Shown here one piece after another: positions 8,684 to 17,200 of a stretch of 45,359 bases of DNA (position 1 is its first letter; each line of letters begins with the position of its first letter). The notes below the pieces were generated by a model, which saw nothing but the letters and a program-made list of their open reading frames with translations, did no database searches and had not been told where the DNA came from. Source of the stretch: Escherichia phage Mt1B1_P10; the sequence record MT496971.1; one strand, 5' to 3'. Both the position numbers and the translations under genes were made by a program.

Positions 8684-8983
8684 TCACTCCTCTTTTGTAA
8701 ACTGAATTATCTTACCACTGGATGCCTCTCGGATAGCCTTGAGGCGCTTAGATAACTTGGACTCTTCCTGCTGTGCAGCAGGTGTAGCGGTAATACCATT
8801 ATCAAGAACCCACTTACACATAGCTCCAATGTCTTTACCAGACACTAAATGCAATGCTGCATCAGGATCCCCTTCTATAGTGTCCAGTATTGCCTGTGCT
8901 TTCTTATTAAAGATTCTGGTAATAGCACCATGCAGAATGCCAACCTCATCCTCTGTAGCTGCATGTTTATTGTGTACGCTCAC
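8684..8983 (-). CDS. Putative terminase small subunit (gp18 position), about 99 aa
   Basis: Assigned by synteny (holin, this gene, large terminase). Only plausible in-frame start is GTG at 8983 with SD GGAGGG; the track's TTG start at 9028 is unlikely. No motif-level confirmation. Confidence 0.45.
   Translation of the reverse strand: MSVHNKHAATEDEVGILHGAITRIFNKKAQAILDTIEGDPDAALHLVSGKDIGAMCKWVLDNGITATPAAQQEESKLSKRLKAIREASSGKIIQFTKEE
8875..8892 (-). promoter_or_regulatory. Promoter-like sequence inside the small-terminase ORF
   Basis: Minus-strand CAATACTGGACACTATAGAAGGGG: core from -12 to +4 matches the consensus, upstream AT-rich part differs. About 190 nt upstream of the HNH start. Confidence 0.45.
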
Positions 8984-9161
8984 GCTTCTCCCTCCAAATC
9001 TTGAACTTATTATAAAACCAGTCCCCAATTTGCAACACGGTATAAATGAATGTTGCTATTAACACCCAATTATCCCAACTGATACCGAGGAAGTACCCAC
9101 CTGATACGAGTGCAGGTGGCGCAAGCTTCACACCACTATCTACCAGTTCGGAGTTAATCAT
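8967..9161 (-). CDS. Holin, class II (T7 gp17.5-like), 64 aa
   Basis: ATG with SD AAGGAGG; ...WVLIATFIYTVLQIGDWFYNKFKIWREKRE parallels T7 gp17.5 as recalled. Confidence 0.75.
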   Translation of the reverse strand: MINSELVDSGVKLAPPALVSGGYFLGISWDNWVLIATFIYTVLQIGDWFYNKFKIWREKRERTQ

Positions 9162-9170
9162 CCCACCTCC

Positions 9171-10133
9171 TTATGCTGTGATAATCTTAGCAGTCATCCG
9201 GCACTCTGGTACTCTTTCTGAGAAAGTAACAATGACACCGTCTACCTGATAAGCAAGTTTAGGTTGTAATAATCCATCAAGGTAGACCTCAATGTACTTA
9301 AATGCAGAGCCAATCTGTACTACTTGTTGGCCTTCTACTAAGTCAAAGTTCAACTCTAACTGAATATTAGGTTCAGATGTAGCCACACGACTGCCAATCA
9401 GCACATACACCTCTGTGCCAGCCACAAGTGGCTCTGCGAAAGTGATAGTGTTGCTGCTTATAGAGTATGCGCCTACGATTTGGTGTTGCAAGACCCCATT
9501 AAGGAAAACTAGTGCATCTTGAAATTCATAAGGAGGTTTTACGGAAACCTCACCTCCTTGGGCGATCGTGTACCAAGGGATAGTTCTGTGCGCAATACCA
9601 GAAGTCATACCTGCTTTAAGGCCAGCAATCTCAATATCCTGTTTGGTGTTCCAATCTGTATGCTTCTTGTCAATGGCATCAAGCTGCCCTTTATTTACTG
9701 CATCTCCCGGATTTGTGCCATCAGCCAAATCAGTAATCTTATTGCCGCCCCAGCTTACATTCTGTTTAATGAAGTACCCTTCTGGATAAAACCCGTCAAG
9801 TAACTCCTGTGTAATCTCCAGTATATGAATGAAAGAACCATTTAAAGACTTCATATCCAAGGTAACACCACGGTCAAACTCAGCGTATGGATATTCCTTT
9901 TGTACTTCCCTTCGAATACGGAACTTCAAACCTGCAACTGGTGCTACATCAAAAGTAATCTGGTGCGTGCCAGTTAGTTGCCAGCCAGATGTAACCTCAA
10001 TCCAAGTGTTACCTTGAAGAGATTCCACTATCACATCTGAGGCACGAAGATAACCTTTATCCCTACCAGCAAAGCTAAAGGGATAGGTTACTTGCGTACC
10101 GTTGGCTATATGTTCTGTGAAAGTATAACTCAT
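9171..10133 (-). CDS. Tail fiber-like adaptor (T7 gp17 N-terminal-domain-like), 320 aa
   Basis: Position after the internal virion proteins and before the holin; too short to be a fiber itself; likely docks the two tailspikes. Start is ATG at 10133, overlapping the upstream stop (ATGA). Confidence 0.65.
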   Translation of the reverse strand: MSYTFTEHIANGTQVTYPFSFAGRDKGYLRASDVIVESLQGNTWIEVTSGWQLTGTHQITFDVAPVAGLKFRIRREVQKEYPYAEFDRGVTLDMKSLNGSFIHILEITQELLDGFYPEGYFIKQNVSWGGNKITDLADGTNPGDAVNKGQLDAIDKKHTDWNTKQDIEIAGLKAGMTSGIAHRTIPWYTIAQGGEVSVKPPYEFQDALVFLNGVLQHQIVGAYSISSNTITFAEPLVAGTEVYVLIGSRVATSEPNIQLELNFDLVEGQQVVQIGSAFKYIEVYLDGLLQPKLAYQVDGVIVTFSERVPECRMTAKIITA

Positions 10134-13100
10134 CAATCCTCCAGTTCATCTAAGCCATAACGCAATGCGTTCTGGATTCCTATTACATTAGTTAGAGGCA
10201 CTAAGCGCAAAGCCCTACGTGCCACATCTACACCTTCTGTATCACCCTCTGCATATTTAGTTATAGAATCTGCTAAACGATATGCATCTTGACCAACACC
10301 TACTAGTGGTATTTGGTCTATCAAACCCTTAGTCTGAAAGCCAGCCTCATAACGGGATTGTACTAACTCAGAAGGGAGAACACCTAGGCCTCCTAAGAAG
10401 TCTCCACCTAAGCTAAACACAGCAGTTGTACTCATCATACCCATAGCACCAAAAGCCAACCCTTTAGGGGATAGTTTCTCTTCCAGATATTCATCTTGGT
10501 CTTCTCGTCCAATAGAGTTCACATAAGCTTTCGCTGCATACACTATTGAACCTAAAGCGAAACCATAGGCTGTCTTCTTAGCAAGACCAATCTTATCGTG
10601 GCGAATGCCTCGACCAAATTGCTTCTCACCAGATACCAAAGAGAAAGACTTAAGCTGTGCAAAAGTTTTACCAAGCGCTTTGTTCATCCAGATTCCTTCA
10701 TCACCAATGAAGTTACGTTGGATAATTAGACCTGACTTACGACGAATAGCATTAGCTAAAGTTTCACCCATGGCATAAGGCATTGTATCAAATCCAAGCA
10801 AGCCAGAACCTTTAGAGTTAGCATCATAGTGCTTCTGTAGGTTAGTCATGAACTCCTGAGTAAGACCAAGTTCCTCCAATTTCTTCTGAGGAATAACCTT
10901 CTTGCCTTCAAGGTGGTCAATGAAAGACAAAGCTATTTGCCTATTGGTCATTCGCTCCAGAGAACCCTGTGCCATGCGGAAGAGTGATAGGTTGGTCTGA
11001 GCACGACGTATTGAGTTCATGGATTGGTCAAAGTGAGCCATCATACCTTTTACTGTGGTTACATCACCAAACTCATCTGGACGTGCACCCTTAGTTGTTA
11101 GCCAGTTATCCTCACCAATGTAACCTACCATCCTCTCTACTTCTGCCAAGTTCTTATCTCGGAAGAAGCCATCACCACTCCGCAAAGCCTTAGATGTAAA
11201 GCGGAATTGCTTACCTAAAGCTAGGGTGGTTGCAGCAATACCAAACTCGCCCATGAAGTTAGCAAGTTCACCTAGCTGTGCGAACCCCATCTGGCCTAAG
11301 CGAAGTACACCTGTAATGTCACGACCACGACGCATCATTTTATTAGACAAAGTCTGTGGGTCTGCATCGATAGATTTACCCATAATTAAGCGAAGCCCTT
11401 CTCGCATCTGACGGATTTCTTCATCAACAGCCAGACCTGCTGCTTCATCTTTCTCTTTCAATTTAAGTCTCTTCTTTAACTCTTCAATCTTCTCTTGTGC
11501 CTTCTTGTAATCAGGCTCTGATTGACGAATCTTAGCAGACTCCGCTTCAAATTGTGCGTGTGCTTTTGTATCTTTAGCTGCATTTCGTGCATTTCGCTCT
11601 ACAAGGTCAATTGCACTAAGTGCAGCCTGATAGGTAGAGAAACCTTGACGAGCCAAGGCAGCACCACCTGCCGCTTCCTTCATGTAGTTATCTGTTAACT
11701 CTTCCACGTTAGTGTTCATAAAGTCACGCATACGAATGCCATTGTACTCTTGAGTAACATCTAAGCCTAAACTCATCTTAGCTCGGTTAGAGATATTATC
11801 TCTGGTTTCTTTATTATCCAGAGCTTCTACCATCTTTTCAATCTCTTCATCACTAAAGCCTGCTTTGCGCATGAGTGCTTCATATTCTGCTTTGGTTTGA
11901 CCAGACATAGCCTTTTCAAAGCTAAGCTGTCCGGTCAAGGTGGCATCAGCAACGCGGTTTACTTGTGCACGTGCAATATCATCAGCCACTTCCTTTGGAA
12001 TCTTACGAGAACCATTCTGGTATGCACGAGAGAATAGCTCAATGATGTCCTCTTTATCGTGCATACCTAATTGACGACGAGCCTTCATACTGTCAAAAAT
12101 ATCAGGCATGTACTTATCATCTGCTTTAACCTTTTCAAACCCAGCTTCACCAGAGCGTTGACGTAATGCTAATGCTTCACGATACATAGCTTGCTGCCCC
12201 TCTGCTGCCATACGGATAGACTTAGGCGTAGACTCATCCATACCGATGCGTACAGCTTCCCATACCTTCTCATTGTATTGCTGCACATAGTGAGAGTTAG
12301 TATGACCTGCAACCGGATTGATATTATTCTCTTTGAGCCATAAATCGAACCCATCGTTGAAACGATTCATATCAGCAGATTTCAGACGGTTCAAGTTAGT
12401 ATTCTGCATGAGACTAGCCGATGCCTTCTGTGCACCTAAGCCTTGCGGGGACTCAAACAGGCGAGCACCAAGACCGCGTACACTTGCATCCTGAGAGGAA
12501 TGTACGACAGTACCAAGGGCAGACAGAGTTCCGGCCCAGCGGCGAGGGGTCATGTCAATAGCGTTCCCTTCCCTCTGCAATGTTTTCAGCAAGTCTTCAC
12601 CTTTACTAGATATATCAAATACGCCCTCAGTGAGTACCTCTTCACCCTTAACACGCATCGCACCTATACTGTCATCGGCAACGGCACGAACATAGCGGTC
12701 CCCTGCGTCTGCACTGCGCACAACACTCGCAGCCCTGTCATCCCCTTGCTCGCTGAGCTTAGTGGCCCTACCACGCGCTACAGCGCCAATAACGCCACCC
12801 ATAGCCATACCGGAGCCTAGTGCTACCATAATGTCATCTAAATCACGAGTCATGTCGCCTTGTACTAACACGGATTCAATAGCGGCATTACTCACGCCAG
12901 CGGCGATAGCGCCACGCACGGCACGACCTACGAGGCCGACTTTGGCTGCACCGCCAGTTGGGATAGAGGCAACCCAACCCACTGGGTCAAGCACAGCAGC
13001 GCCAATCGTTGCCACAGAGCCAGCCCAGCCAGCCTGCGCAATACGTTTATTACGCTCAAGGTCTTCATCAGCGTTCTGAATACGGAAGTTTAATTCATCC

Positions 13101-13441
13101 TCAGACCTAACACCCTCAGTGATTGTCTGCATCATATCCGTTCCGTATTTGAAGCGAAGAGCTTCACGTTGCTCAGGTTGTATCTCAAAGTCTGGTTGAG
13201 GTGTGAAATCAGCAGTGGCACGGTCATACCACCGCTTGCCTCCGAATGCCAACCACTCATTCTGGAAGGCAGCACCTACAGCACCTAAAATATCAGCGTC
13301 AGCTTTAGCTTCAAGAACTTGCTCTTGTAACTCATTACGCTGGCGTATCGTAGGAGCCGATACCGGAGCCGCCTCAATAGAAAACGGCTCAGGAGTAGAC
13401 TGGACATATCCAGCCCAATTAGTCTTAATGTCTTGTTCCAT
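10133..13441 (-). CDS. Internal virion (ejection) protein, large (T7 gp16 position), 1102 aa
   Basis: Size, position and Ala/Gly-rich segments; ATG with SD GGAGG. Confidence 0.7.
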   Translation of the reverse strand: MEQDIKTNWAGYVQSTPEPFSIEAAPVSAPTIRQRNELQEQVLEAKADADILGAVGAAFQNEWLAFGGKRWYDRATADFTPQPDFEIQPEQREALRFKYGTDMMQTITEGVRSEDELNFRIQNADEDLERNKRIAQAGWAGSVATIGAAVLDPVGWVASIPTGGAAKVGLVGRAVRGAIAAGVSNAAIESVLVQGDMTRDLDDIMVALGSGMAMGGVIGAVARGRATKLSEQGDDRAASVVRSADAGDRYVRAVADDSIGAMRVKGEEVLTEGVFDISSKGEDLLKTLQREGNAIDMTPRRWAGTLSALGTVVHSSQDASVRGLGARLFESPQGLGAQKASASLMQNTNLNRLKSADMNRFNDGFDLWLKENNINPVAGHTNSHYVQQYNEKVWEAVRIGMDESTPKSIRMAAEGQQAMYREALALRQRSGEAGFEKVKADDKYMPDIFDSMKARRQLGMHDKEDIIELFSRAYQNGSRKIPKEVADDIARAQVNRVADATLTGQLSFEKAMSGQTKAEYEALMRKAGFSDEEIEKMVEALDNKETRDNISNRAKMSLGLDVTQEYNGIRMRDFMNTNVEELTDNYMKEAAGGAALARQGFSTYQAALSAIDLVERNARNAAKDTKAHAQFEAESAKIRQSEPDYKKAQEKIEELKKRLKLKEKDEAAGLAVDEEIRQMREGLRLIMGKSIDADPQTLSNKMMRRGRDITGVLRLGQMGFAQLGELANFMGEFGIAATTLALGKQFRFTSKALRSGDGFFRDKNLAEVERMVGYIGEDNWLTTKGARPDEFGDVTTVKGMMAHFDQSMNSIRRAQTNLSLFRMAQGSLERMTNRQIALSFIDHLEGKKVIPQKKLEELGLTQEFMTNLQKHYDANSKGSGLLGFDTMPYAMGETLANAIRRKSGLIIQRNFIGDEGIWMNKALGKTFAQLKSFSLVSGEKQFGRGIRHDKIGLAKKTAYGFALGSIVYAAKAYVNSIGREDQDEYLEEKLSPKGLAFGAMGMMSTTAVFSLGGDFLGGLGVLPSELVQSRYEAGFQTKGLIDQIPLVGVGQDAYRLADSITKYAEGDTEGVDVARRALRLVPLTNVIGIQNALRYGLDELED

Positions 13442-13472
13442 AGTTCCTCCATAGTGCCTATCATAAAGACCT

Positions 13473-13488
13473 GTCTCACATGTGAGAC
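13473..13488 (-). promoter_or_regulatory. Conserved 16-bp palindrome GTCTCAC-RY-GTGAGAC (copy 1)
   Basis: gtctcacatgtgagac between two internal virion protein genes; about 9-bp stem with flanks, followed by a U-rich tract on the transcript. Confidence 0.55.
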
Positions 13489-13505
13489 AAGCCTTGAGTT
13501 AGGTA

Positions 13506-16454
13506 CTACAACTTAACTTTACCTACCTTAGAGCCTTTAGCTAACTTGGTAGGTGCAGCCTCATAAACCTGATACCAGCCATCAGCGCCAATACGTTTAT
13601 GAGTCCATGCAGATACAGAACCTGCTGGCATAGGTCCGCCGAACTTAACCCACATAGACCCATCTTCGCGAGTCTCTACTTCGGTAATCTTAGGTACACC
13701 ACCGGCAGATGCCATATTGTAAGCCTCAGCGCGTCGCTTCAGTAAACCAGGAATACGCTTACCTTCACTGGATGCAGTACCCAGCATTTCGATAAAGCCT
13801 TCTGTAAGCTTACCTGCCTTGAATGCAGCAAGAGCACGCGGTGCATTCTGGATTCCACCTTTACCTAAGTTATAGGTTAAATCCATTAAACCGCGCTGCT
13901 GTGCCGGATGCATCTGGTCGAATGGGATTTTCCAATCACGAGTTGGAGGTACATGCTTCTTGGCATCTTGTTCCATAAGAGCACGGGCCTTACTCTCAGT
14001 GAGCTGAGACATAGAGCCGCGATACGGAACCAGTTCGTCGCCAATCTTAATGTACCCATTTCTCTTTTCTTCTTCCGTAAGGAAGTGACCGTAGCCTACC
14101 GACTCGCCATGTGCATCTTTGTACGGTGTGAAGGTTCCTGTGGCTTTGTTGAAGCCCAGCTTATCGCCATTCTCATCCATAGCTAGCTTGTCATAGAATT
14201 GTTGCATATTGCCTCTATAGTTAATCTCGAAGTTAGAAGGTAGATTCTCACCAGAAGCAAAGGCAGAAGACATGAGGAAATTAGCTAGTCCAAATTTACC
14301 AATATCCTTGGCAGTTGGCTTAGCTGGCATGGGTTCTTGTGCACCGATATCTGTACGATATGGGTGAACATATTCACCTTTATCTCGTTCTTCTACTTTC
14401 TTCTGATAGGCAGAGTCTAGCAGTGAAGTGGTATCTAAAGAAGTGACAGGGATTACTCCAGAAAGAGGGCGACCTGCTGCACCAGCACGAATCACGAAAG
14501 TACCTTTCTGTTCATTGTAATCAATGTATACATCATCCTTAGTTTCCCACTCTTGAAGTTCCTTCTTCAATTCTGGCATTTGTGTTTCTACATACCTACC
14601 AAGCGCCAGAGGTACATCGGTGGGGTTTACACCTTTCCCAACAGACATAAGCATGTCAGATGCAGAAGTGTAATCACCTTTAATGAAATAACCACCGGAA
14701 GTCTTTGCATCCTCTGATTGAGTGTAGCGTTTATTGCCCCAAGTAATTAAAGCCTTCTTGATGGAATCCATGTTACGCATACCGCTAGACCACAGCATAT
14801 TGGCCTTAGCTCGTAACTCTTCTTCTGCAATAGCTTTACCTAAGTCAGATACTTCGGTTTTACCATCAAACCAGCCAGCACCAGATACCTCATCCAGTGC
14901 ATCTCCAATAGCTGAGTTGAACTTCTTGGTTTCTTTCTCAGTACGAGAGAATTTCTGCTGTGCTTCACGGGCAAACCTTGCAGCCTGCAAAGGCGTCTCT
15001 CCCATTTGTAATGCAGTGTTGTAGTTATCCATATAGCCATTCACCGTATCACCAAAGACACCTCGGCTTTCTTCTGGTAACTGTTCCCACAACTGACGAA
15101 TAGTCATTAACTCCTGTGGTTCTCCTTTAGCGAAGTGCTCAGGTGATAGCATAGACTCCATGGCTTTGATACGAGACTCAAAGGTGTCATCCACTAAGCC
15201 TTTGGAGTTCATGAATTGCAGGCGCTGCACTTCCACTGCACCACGAATAGCTTCAGCCTCTTGACTGTAAGGGTCCAAGCCACGTTGTTTGATTTGCTGG
15301 TCTGCATATAGTTGGCTATCCTGTTTGATAACATCAATGTAGGCTTTCTTCTCTTTATCTGTCTTACCTTGGAAGCCAGTCATGCGATCGGAGTAAAGTT
15401 CACGTCGCATATCCTGCATTGCACCTAGCTCTGCATTCTGCTTAGCTCGTTGACGCATCAGTGCTTCTAGTTCTGGATTAGAGAAGACAGAGTTTCCTGT
15501 CAGACTATTAATATGCTGTGCTCGCTCCAGTAATTCTTCATCCGTCAAGTCACCTGCAAGATAGGATTCTTTGACTTCAAAAGACATGCGAGTCACATCA
15601 GCAACATTATTCCTAGCCCAAACTGCATTACCATTAGTGATAGCTGTGATAAGCTGCGGATTCTTAGCATAGACAGAAACACCCTTATCGTCCTTCACGT
15701 ACTTCAAGGCTTCAGCCATGCTAATATCACCACCCTGAGCAAGTGAAATAGCTCGCTCTACCAGCTTCTTATGCATCTGCTCAGGTAATAGTCCTTGAGT
15801 AAATCCCTCGCGGATTCGCTCCTGTAGGGCATAACCAGAAGCTTCGGGGTCAATACTAGAATCCCAAGTAGAAGCCACTCGCCCGTCAAAGGTATCCTCA
15901 CGGTCTGCCTGTTCGCGGTCAAGTTTATGCTGGGTTCGTGTAGCCCAAATCTGAGGCTGCTGTTCTTGGAAGACATTAGTGACCATACGCATAGTATCTT
16001 TGTCACCTTGCAACTCAGGGTATTGCTGGAACAGCTTATTCTGCATCTCATTACGAGAGTCAACCATAAGCTGTGTCCACTCGTCATCCGTTCCTTGGAA
16101 ACGAGTAGCCATGTCTTTCATTCGTGCTGCTTCATCATTAGCTAGCAGTTGAGCTTTGACAAGCATGTTAGCACGAGCGCCACCACGAGTTGCATCCTCA
16201 GAAGGCATTAATCCATTATATGCCCGTTCCATTTGAACAACCTTATCTTCCTCAATCTTTTGATTAAGGATACCAGTGGTTACATCAGCTACACTACTGG
16301 CTGCTCGAATAAGGTCTTCGATAAATCGACTACCGGAGGTAGAAGCTACGCCAGCCTCCACACCTCCAACTCGCTGAGGTGCAAAGGTCATGACATTAGG
16401 AGAAGTGGCCTGCACTTGTGGCAGACCTTGTACTGCTTGTCGCTCAATTGCCAT
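13506..16454 (-). CDS. Internal virion protein with C-terminal lysozyme-like domain, 982 aa
   Basis: YKDAHGESVGYGHFLT parallels the T4-lysozyme (GH24) YKDTEGYYTIGIGHLLT region; ATG start overlaps the upstream stop (TAATG). Confidence 0.7.
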   Translation of the reverse strand: MAIERQAVQGLPQVQATSPNVMTFAPQRVGGVEAGVASTSGSRFIEDLIRAASSVADVTTGILNQKIEEDKVVQMERAYNGLMPSEDATRGGARANMLVKAQLLANDEAARMKDMATRFQGTDDEWTQLMVDSRNEMQNKLFQQYPELQGDKDTMRMVTNVFQEQQPQIWATRTQHKLDREQADREDTFDGRVASTWDSSIDPEASGYALQERIREGFTQGLLPEQMHKKLVERAISLAQGGDISMAEALKYVKDDKGVSVYAKNPQLITAITNGNAVWARNNVADVTRMSFEVKESYLAGDLTDEELLERAQHINSLTGNSVFSNPELEALMRQRAKQNAELGAMQDMRRELYSDRMTGFQGKTDKEKKAYIDVIKQDSQLYADQQIKQRGLDPYSQEAEAIRGAVEVQRLQFMNSKGLVDDTFESRIKAMESMLSPEHFAKGEPQELMTIRQLWEQLPEESRGVFGDTVNGYMDNYNTALQMGETPLQAARFAREAQQKFSRTEKETKKFNSAIGDALDEVSGAGWFDGKTEVSDLGKAIAEEELRAKANMLWSSGMRNMDSIKKALITWGNKRYTQSEDAKTSGGYFIKGDYTSASDMLMSVGKGVNPTDVPLALGRYVETQMPELKKELQEWETKDDVYIDYNEQKGTFVIRAGAAGRPLSGVIPVTSLDTTSLLDSAYQKKVEERDKGEYVHPYRTDIGAQEPMPAKPTAKDIGKFGLANFLMSSAFASGENLPSNFEINYRGNMQQFYDKLAMDENGDKLGFNKATGTFTPYKDAHGESVGYGHFLTEEEKRNGYIKIGDELVPYRGSMSQLTESKARALMEQDAKKHVPPTRDWKIPFDQMHPAQQRGLMDLTYNLGKGGIQNAPRALAAFKAGKLTEGFIEMLGTASSEGKRIPGLLKRRAEAYNMASAGGVPKITEVETREDGSMWVKFGGPMPAGSVSAWTHKRIGADGWYQVYEAAPTKLAKGSKVGKVKL

Positions 16455-17200
16455 TAAATACCTCTTGTTCCAGATGAATATGTACGAGAATCAGTTAAAG
16501 CTTTACCTAAAGCCATGCCGGACTTACTACCTGTTACATAGGCAGATGCCAGACTCGGTATACCTTGCACCAAGGTGCTCACGGCAGAAGGTTTCTTAAA
16601 CTCACGCATCTGCATCTGACCACCACGTTGGATGGACTTAAGCTGGTTTGTGAAGTTAATCTTCTGATTCTCATAGTTATCGATAATTGTACTCTGGTTC
16701 CTTCCGCCTTCTGCTGCTAAGTCATTCAGCATAGAAGACACAGAGTTACCACCAGTACCAGTAGCACCAGCAAGCAATGCAACCTGTGCTCTCTGCTGCA
16801 GTAGTGAAGCCTGATTGCTTATTGCATCCGCATGATACTGTTTAGCAGCAGAGCGTTCTGCATCTGCCACTGTCTTATATGCTTCTTGTGTAGCAATTAA
16901 CTGCTGCCGCCATTGCTCCTCCTGAGCTTTCTTCATAGCTTTGGCTTCATCACTTCCACCAAAAAGATTGCCTAGAAGACCAAGACCTTGCATACCTGCA
17001 CTAAGCAGTCCTGCATTAGAGAAGCCAGCAGAAGAACCTCCTAAGAAACTACCAAGGGAGCCAAGCAAACCTCCGCCACCTGCGGCGGCTGTCCCTCCTG
17101 CTGCTGCGGCAGTACCACCAGCAGCGGCTGCTGCACCGCTACCTGCAAACATACTACCAATAGAAGACATACCAGCCATAACGGCTGAACCTATAGCCAT
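16454..17200 (-). CDS. Internal virion protein, Gly/Ala-rich, 248 aa
   Basis: Start moved to ATG at 17200 (SD AAGGAGGG); the track's GTG start at 17239 is an upstream extension. Confidence 0.6.
   Translation of the reverse strand: MAIGSAVMAGMSSIGSMFAGSGAAAAAGGTAAAAGGTAAAGGGGLLGSLGSFLGGSSAGFSNAGLLSAGMQGLGLLGNLFGGSDEAKAMKKAQEEQWRQQLIATQEAYKTVADAERSAAKQYHADAISNQASLLQQRAQVALLAGATGTGGNSVSSMLNDLAAEGGRNQSTIIDNYENQKINFTNQLKSIQRGGQMQMREFKKPSAVSTLVQGIPSLASAYVTGSKSGMALGKALTDSRTYSSGTRGI

Noticed and set aside
8684-9028. Track start (TTG at 9028) for the putative small terminase
   Set aside because: Would overlap the holin by 62 nt; an in-frame GTG at 8983 with SD GGAGGG is a better start.
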